DNA of 64,000 nucleotides from Steroidobacteraceae bacterium (GCA_035504015.1 DATJSR010000017.1:10766-74765); one strand, 5' to 3'; positions 1 to 9,253 are shown, counted from the stretch's first letter. The notes: generated by a model from the sequence alone, not told the origin. A program made the numbers and translations.

Positions 1-1288
1 CGATGAAGACCCCGAGCAGCGCGAGGCCGAGCGAGCCGCCGAGATTGCGCGCCATGTTGAACAGGCCCGCGGCATCGGCCGTGTCCTCGCGGCTCACGGC
101 ACCGACCGATGCCTGATTGAGCGGCATGAAGGAGAGGATCTGCCCGAAGCCGCGCAGGATCTGCGAGACGACGAAATCACCGCCCGCGGACTGCGCCGTG
201 AGGTGAATGTCGATGAAGCAGCTGGCGGCAAAGCACACCAACCCGCAGGTCACCACGACGCGAATGTTGGCCCGGCCGATGATTCTCGGCAGGACCGGCA
301 TCATCAGAAAGGCGGGCAGGCCCGAGAGCGCCAGCACCCAGCCGGACTGCTCGGCGTTGTAGCCCGAGATGATGCTGAGGAACTGCGGCAGCACGTACAG
401 GATGTCGTACAGCACCATCCCGATCGAGATGATGATGATGATGACACTCGCATAGGAGAAGTTCTTGAGCAGCCGCAGCTTGATGACCGGGCGGCGGGCC
501 GTGAACTGCGCGACGATCATGGCCGAGAGCCCGAGCACCGCGGTGGTCGTGAGCACGCGGATCAGGTCCGAATCGAACCACTGATCGCGCTGGCCCTCCT
601 CGAGCACCACGGTGAGCGAGCTCAGGCCCACCGACATGCCGACGATGCCGAGCCAATCGGCATTCACCACCTCGTGCAGATTCGCGGGCTCGTGCGGCAT
701 GCCCACGAGCAGCAGGGTGATGAGTGCGATGGCGACCGGCAGGTTGATGAAGAAGCACCACTGCCAGCTCCAGTTCTCGGTGAGCCAGCCGCCCACCACC
801 GGTCCGAGAAGCGGCCCGAGCAGGACGATGAGCCCGAAGATCGTCATGCCGACCGGGATCTGGTGCTGTGGCAGGCGCGTGCGTACGATGGTCTGAGCGG
901 TGGGGATGAGCGCGCCGCCGAAGAAGCCCTGTCCCACCCGGCCGACCGCCATCATGGCCAGATTGTGGCTGAGGCCGCATTCCATCGAGAACACGGTGAA
1001 CAGGGTGCCGCAGGTGAGCAGCAGCGTGCGCAGCCCGAGCGTGCGGCTGAGCCAGGCGCTCAACGGGATCATGACCACCTCGCTCACCAGGTAGCCGGTG
1101 CCGATCCAGGTGCCTTCCGTGCCGGTGGCACCGATTTCGCCCTGAATCTGCGGCAGCGCCGAATTGACGATCGAGATGTCGAGCGATGCGATGAGTGCCC
1201 CCAGCGCGCCCGCGATCACCGCCAGCCAGTCCTGCGCGCTCGCATGCGGCTCGGCGTACGCCGCGGGGACGGCGGTCACCGCGCTCAC
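1..1288 (-). CDS. emrB: MFS (DHA2, EmrB/QacA-type) multidrug efflux permease, first ~429 codons; the gene runs off the left edge of the window
   Basis: The minus-strand frame is open from GTG at 1288 to position 1. It is absent from the ORF track, presumably because it has no stop inside the window. My translation gives VSAVTAVPAAYAEPHASAQDWLAVIAGALGALIASLDISIVNSALPQIQGEI at the start, DWLGIVGMSVGLSSLTVVL mid-gene and NMARNLGGSLGLALLGVFI at the edge, which is typical of EmrB. It has a GTGA start/stop overlap with emrA. Confidence 0.8.
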   Translation of the reverse strand, partial: MSAVTAVPAAYAEPHASAQDWLAVIAGALGALIASLDISIVNSALPQIQGEIGATGTEGTWIGTGYLVSEVVMIPLSAWLSRTLGLRTLLLTCGTLFTVFSMECGLSHNLAMMAVGRVGQGFFGGALIPTAQTIVRTRLPQHQIPVGMTIFGLIVLLGPLLGPVVGGWLTENWSWQWCFFINLPVAIALITLLLVGMPHEPANLHEVVNADWLGIVGMSVGLSSLTVVLEEGQRDQWFDSDLIRVLTTTAVLGLSAMIVAQFTARRPVIKLRLLKNFSYASVIIIIISIGMVLYDILYVLPQFLSIISGYNAEQSGWVLALSGLPAFLMMPVLPRIIGRANIRVVVTCGLVCFAASCFIDIHLTAQSAGGDFVVSQILRGFGQILSFMPLNQASVGAVSREDTADAAGLFNMARNLGGSLGLALLGVFI

Positions 1289-2388
1289 ATCGGCTGCCCG
1301 CCCCGGCCCGAGGTATCGATCGAAACTGTCACCGAGAGCCCGGGCAGGAGTCGCTCGGCTACATCCTTGGGCGCCAACAGATGCACCCGCACCGGCACGC
1401 GCTGCACGATCTTGATGAAATTGCCGGTGGCGTTCTCCGGCGGCAGCAGCGCGAATTCGGCGCCCGTTCCGGGCGCGAAGCTCTCGACGCGTCCCGGTAT
1501 GTCGCGGCCCAGGGCGTCGACGCGCACGGTGGCGGGTTGACCGACACGCATGCGCCGCAGCTGAGTCTCCTTGAAGTTCGCGACCAGGTAGATGTCCTGG
1601 ATCGGCACGATCGACATGAGCCGTGTGCCCGGCTCCACATACTGGCCGAGGCGCGCGGTGTCGTTGCCGATACGCCCGGTGACGCTGGCGCGCACGAGCG
1701 TATCGTCCACGTTGAGCGCCGCGGCATCCTTCGCAGCCCTGGCCGCCTCGAGCTGTGCGCTCATCTGGGTCAACTGACTGCGCAGCGTCGCGACCTGGCG
1801 CTGCGCCACGCGCACGCTCGCCTCCGCGGCCCGCTCGGCCGCCTCGGTCTGATTACGCTGGTTCACCGCCTGAGCGTAGTGCTCGTCGGTCTCCACGCCC
1901 TGGTCGCGCAGTGCCTTGTAGCGCTCGGCTTCCCCGCGCGCGTAGCGCGCATTGGCCTGAGCGCCGGCGAGCTGCGCCCGATACTGCGCCACGGTCGCCT
2001 CCTGCTGATTGATCTGGCTTTGCACGGCGTTGATGTCGGCGAGGCGCGCGTCGACCGTTGCGACCTGCTGCGAGAGCGCCGCCGCATAGTTGCGCCGGTC
2101 GATGCGCAGCAGCGCCTGTCCGGCCGTGACCTTTTGGTTGTCGGCGACGTAGATCGCCTCGACATAGCCCGCCACGCGCGGCGCCACCGTGACCACGTCC
2201 GCCCGCAGGTAGGCATCGTTGGTCGATTCCACGAAGCGTCCGTGCACCAGCCAGCGGACGCCGGCGACGGCCCCGAGCAGCAGCAGCACGGCGGCCGTGA
2301 CGCCGAGCAGCAGCCGTACGCGCGGGCTGCGCTGCGGGCCGGCGGGTGCCGCCGGCGCTGCCTTGTTGTCGTTGTCGGCGTCAGCCAT
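1285..2388 (-). CDS. emrA: HlyD/EmrA-family periplasmic adaptor of the efflux pump
   Basis: Track ORF 1285..2388. It has an N-terminal membrane anchor (LLLGVTAAVLLLLGAVAG), followed by NDAYLRADVVTVAPRVAGYVEAIYVADNQKV, a long coiled-coil and a C-terminal barrel-like region. It overlaps the emrB start. Confidence 0.85.
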   Translation of the reverse strand: MADADNDNKAAPAAPAGPQRSPRVRLLLGVTAAVLLLLGAVAGVRWLVHGRFVESTNDAYLRADVVTVAPRVAGYVEAIYVADNQKVTAGQALLRIDRRNYAAALSQQVATVDARLADINAVQSQINQQEATVAQYRAQLAGAQANARYARGEAERYKALRDQGVETDEHYAQAVNQRNQTEAAERAAEASVRVAQRQVATLRSQLTQMSAQLEAARAAKDAAALNVDDTLVRASVTGRIGNDTARLGQYVEPGTRLMSIVPIQDIYLVANFKETQLRRMRVGQPATVRVDALGRDIPGRVESFAPGTGAEFALLPPENATGNFIKIVQRVPVRVHLLAPKDVAERLLPGLSVTVSIDTSGRGGQPM

Positions 2389-2481
2389 GCGTTTGCGGCC
2401 AGAATGTATTCCGAGCGAAAGATGTTGTCCGTCTGGAAACTATGTGTCAAGTGGCATACATTGGCTGCCCAGGAGGACGAC
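2389..2481. promoter_or_regulatory. Divergent promoter/operator region between emrAB and the TetR gene
   Basis: This is a 93-nt gap and locally the most AT-rich stretch. It carries inverted 7-mers AATGTAT (2403-2409) and ATACATT (2456-2462), and an AGGAGG SD at 2471-2476. Exact promoter and operator positions are not resolved. Confidence 0.3.
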
Positions 2482-3237
2482 ATGGCAGCAGCCGCCCCGG
2501 CACCGCGCAGACATCCCCCGCAAGGCGGTTACGCCCGCGGCGAGGAGACCCGCACGCGCATCATCGCGACCGCGCTGCGGGTGTTCGGCGAGCAGGGCTA
2601 CGACCATGCCGCGACGCGCAGCATCGCAGCGCTCGCCGGCGTCAACCCTCCGGCGCTGCAGTACTACTTCGACAGCAAGGAAGGCCTGCACCGCGCTTGC
2701 GCGCAGCACATCATCGACCGTGTCTCCGTGATTCTCGCGCCCGCGCTCGCACGGGCGCAGGCTGCCGTACGGACGAATCAGGCAGGCGAGGCACGCCAGG
2801 CGCTGTACGCGCTCCTCGATGCGCTCGCCGACGGCCTGGTGGCGGTGGGGGCGGAGACCTGGGGGCGCTTCGTGGCGCGCGGCAAGGCCGATGGGACCGG
2901 TCCCGGCATGGCGTTGATCCAGGAGCGCCTCGGCGTGCCGGTGGTCAGCGCTACCACGCAGCTCATCGCCGTCGCCACGCACCGCACGGCGCACGACGAG
3001 CTCACGAGGCTGCGAGCGTGCGCGATCCTCGGGCAGGTGAGCTCCTTCCACAGCAATCGCGCCAACACGCTCGCCGTCATGAACTGGAGTGAGATCGATG
3101 AACGCCGGCTCGGGCTCATCAAGGCGGTGGTACGCGAGCACACTCAGGCGGCGCTGCGCGCGGCGATCGCGTCATCGCCTGCGCAGCGGCTGCGCACGCG
3201 CGCCGTGCCGCCCCGCCGCGCACGCCCTGTCTCCTAG
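2482..3237 (+). CDS. TetR/AcrR-family transcriptional repressor, likely regulator of emrAB
   Basis: This is the tail of track ORF 1195..3237, starting at ATG 2482 with AGGAGG 5 nt upstream. RTRIIATALRVFGEQGYDHAATRSIAALAGVNPPALQYYFDSKEGL is a TetR N-terminal HTH. The gene is divergent from the pump genes. Confidence 0.85.
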   Translation: MAAAAPAPRRHPPQGGYARGEETRTRIIATALRVFGEQGYDHAATRSIAALAGVNPPALQYYFDSKEGLHRACAQHIIDRVSVILAPALARAQAAVRTNQAGEARQALYALLDALADGLVAVGAETWGRFVARGKADGTGPGMALIQERLGVPVVSATTQLIAVATHRTAHDELTRLRACAILGQVSSFHSNRANTLAVMNWSEIDERRLGLIKAVVREHTQAALRAAIASSPAQRLRTRAVPPRRARPVS

Positions 3238-3248
3238 GAGCGTGCTCC

Positions 3249-3635
3249 TCAACCCGAGGACGTACAGCCCGCGCTGTCGCGACGGTGCGCGCCGGGGGCG
3301 CGAGCCGCTCGCGGATGCTCCCAGGCGACCGTACGCCCAGACACGCAGGGAGTGGCCGCGAGTTGAGCTGCTGGCGGGTGCTCGGCGAGCCGCATTGCAA
3401 GGAACAGCACGAGCCCTGCCAGTGGTTCGCCACTCGCATGGCCCGCGCCGACGGTGGCTGGTGCCCCGAAGTGTCCACGCGGCTGCCGCTCGACGTGCAG
3501 CACGGAGCTGCCGGAGGCGATCAGGGGCTGCTGGGCGACCGGCTCGGCTGCAGCATTCGTACCGCAGGCGGCGAGCAGTGGCAGCAGAAGCGCCGCGCCG
3601 ACGATCCCTGTCAGCGTCCCAAGCCGTGCATGCAT
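3249..3635 (-). CDS. Possible small lipoprotein (hypothetical)
   Basis: An internal ATG at 3635 in track ORF 3249..4133 gives MHARLGTLTGIVGAALLLPLLAACGT, a signal peptide with an LAAC lipobox. Third-position GC is only about 73% by my count, close to the non-coding background, so coding status is doubtful. Confidence 0.3.
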   Translation of the reverse strand: MHARLGTLTGIVGAALLLPLLAACGTNAAAEPVAQQPLIASGSSVLHVERQPRGHFGAPATVGAGHASGEPLAGLVLFLAMRLAEHPPAAQLAATPCVSGRTVAWEHPRAARAPGAHRRDSAGCTSSG

Positions 3636-3987
3636 GCTGGTTCCATCCCCGTGATCTCGAGGCTGCAGCCTACGCTCGCGGGCCGATGCTGTATGCGGTC
3701 GCAAGAGTGAGCCGACGCACAGTTTGTGATGCCTGTCTCGAGCGGCAGCGCGACATATCCGGAACCGTGTGACGCACGCTCGCGACAGCAGGGTGAGCGT
3801 CGCTGCCGCGCTTGTCGCAGCCGTGTAGGATAAGTCCCATCGGGCGCGCCACTGCGTGCTCGGGCGCCGAGCCGCGGTCGGTCGCCGAACTCCCTCCCCG
3901 CACCCCGACATTTCCGTGAGCCATCTCGCAGTGCACGAACGGTTGCACTGCGCATGCTCTGCGCCGCGTCCCAAGGGAGACACGCGG

Positions 3988-4287
3988 TTGAAGGAACGAT
4001 TTCGCGAGGCTCGCTCGATCGCGAGCGAAGAATCCTCCAGGCATGAGCGCGAGGCCACGCAGGAGACCTCCGATGCGGACATCGATACCGTGCCGCTCGA
4101 AGCGCTGCGCGAGGAATCGCTGATCGAGCGCACGACCGAGATCGTGCCGCCCGGCGGGGATCCGTATCACACCTCCAAGTCGGCGCCGCATTCGCCGGCG
4201 CAGCGCTTTCCACGGCGCACGCTCGACGACATGCGCAGGCTCAGCGAGGAGATCAAGCGCGCGCGCGGCCAGAAGCCCGGCAAGTGA
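3988..4287 (+). CDS. Small hydrophilic hypothetical protein (~99 aa)
   Basis: This is the 3' part of track ORF 3856..4287. Third-position GC rises to about 84% from TTG 3988, which lies 8 nt after AAGGGAG. The product LKERFREARSIASEESS...RRTLDDMRRLSEEIKRARGQKPGK has no domain I recognise. Confidence 0.45.
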   Translation: MKERFREARSIASEESSRHEREATQETSDADIDTVPLEALREESLIERTTEIVPPGGDPYHTSKSAPHSPAQRFPRRTLDDMRRLSEEIKRARGQKPGK

Positions 4288-4508
4288 ATGTCGCCGCGCA
4301 AGCCTCGGGCAGGAGCACGGCGCACACGCCACGCGTGCGTTAAGTCGCGCGCACCGTCATATGCAAAGCGACGACGGGACATAAGGTCGCGGCATGCGCA
4401 TGCTGCGAAATCCGTCACAAGCCGGGCGCACCCATCATCTGTCTCGCAGCTGCCGGGTCCGGTAAAACACCAGCATCGGCGCAGCAGCAGCACAAGAAGC
4501 CGGATGAA

Positions 4509-6683
4509 ATGCATGACCCAGCGGAGCGACGCGTGAGCGAATCCGCGAGCGCGCGTGTGCTCATCGTCGACGGCGACGCAGCCCTGCTCGAGTGGGCCCG
4601 CGCCCGGCTCGCGCCCGAGGGCTACACGCTGCAGCTTCTGGCGAGTGCCGAGGAAGCTCTCGGCGCCTGCGCCGTGCGCCTACCGGATGTCGCCCTCGTG
4701 GGCACACTCCCTGACGAGGCCCACCTGCGCCTGTGCTCGCTGCTGCGCGGCTCGAGCGGGGGAGCTCACTTGCCGATCGTCATCATGGCGGAGACGGGCG
4801 CCTGCGTTGTGCGCGCGTACGAGGCGGGCGCATCGGACTTCATCGTAAAGCCGATCGATGGGGTGTTGCTCGCGCAGCGCCTGCGTTACGTGCTGCGGGC
4901 TGCGGCTACGCTCGAGAGGCTGCGCGTCGATGCGCAGCGCCAGGGGGCGCTGCTGCAGTCGATCCCGGACGGCTGGTACCTGCTCGACAGCCCCGACCTC
5001 ACCGGGCAGTGTCTCAACCCCGTGCGCGGCACGGCAGAGGGCGCGGAGCCCGCTCCGGCGCAGCTGCTCGATCTGCTGCCGGTGCACGAGCGGGCGCTGG
5101 CGCGCGAGTGTCTGCAGGCCGCCCTCGGGGGTGTGGCCGCGAGCTTCGAATTCTCGCGCAGCGCTGCGCCCGATCGCACACGCCACTTCGAGTGCCGCTG
5201 CCTGCCGCATACTCACGGCCAGGTGCTCGCCATCGTGCGCGACGTGACCGAGCGGCGCGAGGCCGACGCACGCATCCAGCGTCTCGCCTACTTCGATGCG
5301 CTCACCGGCTTGCCGAACCGCGAATGGATCGGAGAGTTCCTGACGCGCTCCCTGCGGCAGGCGGCTACCCGGGACGCGTGTGTGGCCCTGCTGTACGTCG
5401 ACCTGGATCAGTTCAAGCGGATCAACGATACGCTCGGGCACGACACGGGCGATGCGTTGCTGCGGCATGTCGCGGAGCGGCTGCGTCGCGCGCTCGGCGA
5501 GCCGGTGGCGGCCGATGAGCTGTTCCTCGCGAGCGAGTCCCTGCAGCAGCCTCCCGAGCCCGTGCGGGCCGAGCTTGCGCGCGTCGGCGGTGACGAGTTC
5601 ATCGTGGTGCTCACCGGCGATCTGAGCCTGCAGCACGCCGAGCGCACCGCCGAACGCATTCTCGACGCCCTCGCGCGTCCCTTCGGCCAGGGTGGCTACG
5701 AGCTGGTCGTGACACCGAGCGTCGGCATCGCGCTCTTTCCCCATCACGGCCGCGACGCACAGACGCTGCTCAAGAACGCCGACAGCGCGATGTACGAGGC
5801 CAAATCGAGCGGCCGCAATCAGTACCGCATCCACAGCAGCGGTGCGAATGCCCGCGCGCTCAAGCGGCTGTCGCTCGAGATGGAGCTGCGCCGAGCGCTC
5901 GAGAGTGCGCAGCTGCAGGTTTACTACCAGCCGAAGTATGCCTCGCACACGCTGCGCATCACGGGGGCGGAGGCGCTGCTGCGCTGGTTTCATCCGGTAC
6001 GCGGGCAGATCCCCACCGCCGATTTCGTCGCCGTGGCGGAGGAGACCGGCCTCATCGGGGAGATGGGCCGCTGGACACTGCAGCAGGTGTGTCGCGATCT
6101 GATCGCATGGCGAGCCGCGGGCATCTGCCCGCCGCAGCTCGCGGTGAATGTCTCCGGCCACGATCTCATGCGTCCGGACGCGCTGCTGCGGCTGTCCGAG
6201 GCGCTCGAGCAGGCGCAGCTGCCTTCCTCGCTGTTCGAGCTCGAGCTCACCGAAGGCGTGCTCATGCGGGATGCGGAGGCCGGCCGGCGTGCGCTGCTGC
6301 AGCTCAAGGAATTCGGCTTCGCGCTCGCCGTGGATGATTTCGGCACCGGCTACTGCTCGCTCAACTATCTGAAGCGCTTTCCGCTCGATACCCTGAAGGT
6401 CGACCGCTCCTTCGTCGACGATATCAACAGCGATGCGGACGCCGCTGCCATCGTCAGGGCCATCATCGCGCTGGGCCACAACCTCAATCTGCGCATCGTC
6501 GCCGAGGGCGTCGAGACTCGCGAGCAGCTGCACTTCCTGCGCGCCGAAGGCTGCGATGCCATCCAGGGCTTTCTCATGAGCGCGGCCGTGCCGGCGCATA
6601 CCCTCGCGGAGATGATGCGCGCCGAGGCGGTGGCCGGCGTGCAGGCCGCAGACCTCGGACGCGCACGCACCTTGACGAATTAG
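4509..6683 (+). CDS. Receiver-like / PAS / GGDEF / EAL c-di-GMP signalling protein
   Basis: Track ORF 4509..6683. It has an N-terminal CheY-like fold (ARVLIVDGDAALLE...DFIVKPI), a PAS region, an intact GGDEF (RVGGDEFIVVL), and intact EAL signatures (EALLRW, DDFGTGYCSLNYLKRFPLDTLKVDRSF, EGVET, QGF). Confidence 0.9.
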   Translation: MHDPAERRVSESASARVLIVDGDAALLEWARARLAPEGYTLQLLASAEEALGACAVRLPDVALVGTLPDEAHLRLCSLLRGSSGGAHLPIVIMAETGACVVRAYEAGASDFIVKPIDGVLLAQRLRYVLRAAATLERLRVDAQRQGALLQSIPDGWYLLDSPDLTGQCLNPVRGTAEGAEPAPAQLLDLLPVHERALARECLQAALGGVAASFEFSRSAAPDRTRHFECRCLPHTHGQVLAIVRDVTERREADARIQRLAYFDALTGLPNREWIGEFLTRSLRQAATRDACVALLYVDLDQFKRINDTLGHDTGDALLRHVAERLRRALGEPVAADELFLASESLQQPPEPVRAELARVGGDEFIVVLTGDLSLQHAERTAERILDALARPFGQGGYELVVTPSVGIALFPHHGRDAQTLLKNADSAMYEAKSSGRNQYRIHSSGANARALKRLSLEMELRRALESAQLQVYYQPKYASHTLRITGAEALLRWFHPVRGQIPTADFVAVAEETGLIGEMGRWTLQQVCRDLIAWRAAGICPPQLAVNVSGHDLMRPDALLRLSEALEQAQLPSSLFELELTEGVLMRDAEAGRRALLQLKEFGFALAVDDFGTGYCSLNYLKRFPLDTLKVDRSFVDDINSDADAAAIVRAIIALGHNLNLRIVAEGVETREQLHFLRAEGCDAIQGFLMSAAVPAHTLAEMMRAEAVAGVQAADLGRARTLTN

Positions 6684-6758
6684 CGCTGCGCCGCTGGCGC
6701 CGACGTACAGCTCTCCCGCATCATGGGCGGCGCGTGGGCTCGACGCTCGGCCGGTACC

Positions 6759-7679
6759 ATGGCGCTGCAAATCGGAGTGGATCTGGGGGGCACCAAGATC
6801 GAGGCGATCGCGCTTGCGCGCGATGGCCGTGTGCTCGCGCGCGAGCGCACGCCAACGCCTGCGGGGCGCTACGAGGCGATCGTCGCCGCGGTGCGCGATC
6901 TGGTGCTCGCCGTGGAGCGTCGCAGCGGGCTCAGCGGCAGCGTCGGTGTGGCAACGCCCGGGGCGCTCTCGCGCGCGAGCGGGCTGATGAAAAACGCCAA
7001 CAGCATCGTGCTCAACGGACGCCCGCTCGATCGCGACCTGGCGCAGGCGCTCGACCGACCGGTGCGTCTCGAGAACGATGCGAACTGCTTTGCGCTCTCC
7101 GAGGCGGTCGATGGCGCGGCGGCGGGGGCGCGCGTGGTCTTCGGTGTGATCCTGGGTACCGGGGTGGGTGGCGGGCTCGTCATCGATCGGCGCATCCTCG
7201 CGGGCCGCCATCACATCGCCGGGGAGTGGGGCCACAACGGGCTGCCCTGGCCACGCCCGGAGGAGCTGCCCGGTGCTGCCTGCTACTGCGGCCGCCGCGG
7301 TTGCCTGGAAACCTTCCTCTGCGGTGCCGCGCTCGCCCGCGATGCGGTGGGTGCGCAGGGTGCCCCGAGCGATGCTCAGGCCGTGGCGCGTGCGGCCGAG
7401 GCGGGCGATCCGGTGGCGCGCGCCGCCCTCGATCGCTACCTCGATCGGCTGGCGCGGGGCCTCGCGGGCGTCATCAATATCCTCGATCCGGATGCGATCG
7501 TGCTCGGCGGCGGCCTGTCCAACATCGAGGCGCTCTACGGCGGGGTCTCCGCGCGTCTTTCCCAGTATGTCTTCTCGGATGCGATCGATACCCCGATTCT
7601 TGCCCCGCGACACGGCGACTCGAGCGGTGTGCGCGGTGCCGCCTGGCTATGGCCGGCCGAGGCGCCGCCAATGGGCTAG
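6759..7679 (+). CDS. ROK-family sugar kinase (Mak fructo/mannokinase-like or NagK-like)
   Basis: The start is ATG 6759 inside track ORF 6723..7679. Signatures present are MALQIGVDLGGTKIE, LENDANCFALSEAVDGAAAG, GTGVGGG, the zinc motif CYCGRRGCLETF and GDSSGVRGAAWLW. Confidence 0.85.
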   Translation: MALQIGVDLGGTKIEAIALARDGRVLARERTPTPAGRYEAIVAAVRDLVLAVERRSGLSGSVGVATPGALSRASGLMKNANSIVLNGRPLDRDLAQALDRPVRLENDANCFALSEAVDGAAAGARVVFGVILGTGVGGGLVIDRRILAGRHHIAGEWGHNGLPWPRPEELPGAACYCGRRGCLETFLCGAALARDAVGAQGAPSDAQAVARAAEAGDPVARAALDRYLDRLARGLAGVINILDPDAIVLGGGLSNIEALYGGVSARLSQYVFSDAIDTPILAPRHGDSSGVRGAAWLWPAEAPPMG

Positions 7680-7711
7680 CATAGTCCCCGGCGCTGCGCT
7701 TCGAGGCCGCA

Positions 7712-8233
7712 ATGACTTCCGTCCAACCGATCTTCGCCGAGGCATCCACTCCCACCGAGGTGAGGCTGGAGTTCGTGTTCCAGGTTCGCCTGCACTTCAC
7801 GCGCGTGCAGAACATCGAGAACATGCCCTCGGGCGCGGGGCGCGGCGCGGTGTACATCGATCGAGGCACCATCGAGGGACCGCGGCTCTCCGGCACCGTG
7901 GTCCCGGGCAGCGGTGGTGATTGGGCGCTTTTCCGTCCCGACGGCGTGCTCGCTACCGATGCGCGTTACATGCTGCAGGCCGACGATGGCGCGCTGATCC
8001 TCATGCACAACCGCGGCTATCTGTGGGGGCGGGCCCCCGATGTCATGCCGCGCATCCGTGCCTGGATCTTCTCCGGCGGACCTGCCGTTGCGCACCACGA
8101 GTACTATCTGCGAGCCTTCCCGACCTTCGAGGTTGCGACCGGTCCGCACGACTGGCTGACCCGACATGTGGTCATCGGCATCGGCGAGCGTCAGGCCGAT
8201 GGCAATCTGATCCGCTATCACGTGGTGCTTTGA
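7712..8233 (+). CDS. DUF3237 (UPF0311) family protein
   Basis: Track ORF 7712..8233. GTIEGPRLSGTVVPGSGGDWALFRPDGVLATDARYMLQADDGALILMHNRG...EYYLRAFPTFE matches my recollection of the DUF3237 family pattern. Confidence 0.75.
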   Translation: MTSVQPIFAEASTPTEVRLEFVFQVRLHFTRVQNIENMPSGAGRGAVYIDRGTIEGPRLSGTVVPGSGGDWALFRPDGVLATDARYMLQADDGALILMHNRGYLWGRAPDVMPRIRAWIFSGGPAVAHHEYYLRAFPTFEVATGPHDWLTRHVVIGIGERQADGNLIRYHVVL

Positions 8234-8282
8234 TCCTCGGCACCAGCTGGCCTGCGAGCGCTCTTGGCGAAGCTGACTGCGC

Positions 8283-9143
8283 TCAAAAGGCACTCTTGAC
8301 GACGCCCCCCTCGACGCGCAGCGCCGCCCCGGTGGTGCCCGAGGAGAGCGGACTTGCTACGTACACGACCAGTGCAGCCACCTCCTCGGGGCGCTCGAAG
8401 CGTTTGATCAAGGAGGTGGGGCGGCGGGTCTGGAAGAACTGCTGCTCGAGCGCCTCGGGCGTGCTGCCCAGGCGCTGCGCCATCTGCGCAAAGCGCGGAT
8501 CGGCGGGGTCGCGCGTCGGACCGGGCAGCACGCTGTTGACGGTCACGCCCGTGCCGGCGAGCGTTTCGGCGAGGCCCCGCGCCACGGCGATCTCCGCGGC
8601 CTTCGTCATACCGTAGTGAATGCTCTCGACGGGGATCTGCAAGGCGCTCTCGCTGGAGATGAAAATGATGCGTCCCCAGTTGCGCTGACGCATCCCGGGC
8701 AGATAGGCGCGCGACAAGCGCACGCCCGACATCACGTTGAGATTGAACGTATCCAGCCAGTCCTGATCGGTGCTCTTCTCGAAAGGCTTGGCATCGAAAT
8801 CGCTCACGTTGTTCACCAGAATGTCGACATTCGGGAAGGTGCGCGTGAGCCGGACGATGTCCTCGGGCTTGCTCATATCGCCCACGAAGCGCAGCGGCTC
8901 ATGCCCGGTACTTGCCTTGAGCGAGGCGGCCGCGCGCTGCACGGCATCCGGGCTGCGCGCGTTGATGATCACCTGAGCGCCTTCGCGCAGCAGGCCAGCT
9001 GCGATGGCATAGCCGATGTTCGAGGTGCTGCCGGTGACGAGCGCTGTCTTGCCCTGCAGCTGCAGATCCAGGGCAGGGGCGCTGGCGCTGGTGGCGAGCC
9101 AGACGGCGGCGGTGAGCGCGACGGCACTTGCACGAATCCTCAT
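8283..9143 (-). CDS. Short-chain dehydrogenase/reductase (SDR) with a predicted N-terminal signal peptide
   Basis: Track ORF 8283..9143. GKTALVTGSTSNIGYAIA is the Rossmann motif, and the protein has an NNV..., Y...K-type SDR core. The N-terminus MRIRASAVALTAAVWLATSASA-PA looks like a Sec signal. A GGGAGG SD lies 4 nt upstream of the ATG. Confidence 0.85.
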   Translation of the reverse strand: MRIRASAVALTAAVWLATSASAPALDLQLQGKTALVTGSTSNIGYAIAAGLLREGAQVIINARSPDAVQRAAASLKASTGHEPLRFVGDMSKPEDIVRLTRTFPNVDILVNNVSDFDAKPFEKSTDQDWLDTFNLNVMSGVRLSRAYLPGMRQRNWGRIIFISSESALQIPVESIHYGMTKAAEIAVARGLAETLAGTGVTVNSVLPGPTRDPADPRFAQMAQRLGSTPEALEQQFFQTRRPTSLIKRFERPEEVAALVVYVASPLSSGTTGAALRVEGGVVKSAF

Positions 9144-9253
9144 GGGACCTCCCGAAGCACGGATGCGGTCGGAAAGGGGGGAGTCTAAGGCAAAAGAGGC
9201 GCGGGGGTCGGTCCGCTGCGCGCGGCGGCAGGCCGCTGCGCTTGCTCAGCCGC

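Noticed and set aside
177-1540. Track ORFs 177..980 (minus) and 203..1540 (plus) at the left edge.
   Set aside because: A third frame on the minus strand, not listed because it has no stop inside the window, translates to a clean EmrB-type MFS permease from GTG 1288 to position 1. The listed ORFs are shadows of it.
3627-4404. Recurring GCATGC palindromes (3628-3636, 3952-3957, 4393-4404, and also 49066) as a possible regulator-binding motif.
   Set aside because: A 6-nt GC-rich palindrome is expected many times by chance in this composition, and I see no consistent spacing or flanking conservation.
4680-7613. A 977-aa minus-strand ORF lying antisense across the GGDEF-EAL gene and the ROK kinase gene.
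   Set aside because: The translation is Arg/Ala/Gly/Pro-rich with no recognisable domain. The opposite strand encodes two clearly conserved proteins with strong third-position GC. This is a typical shadow ORF of ~70% GC DNA.
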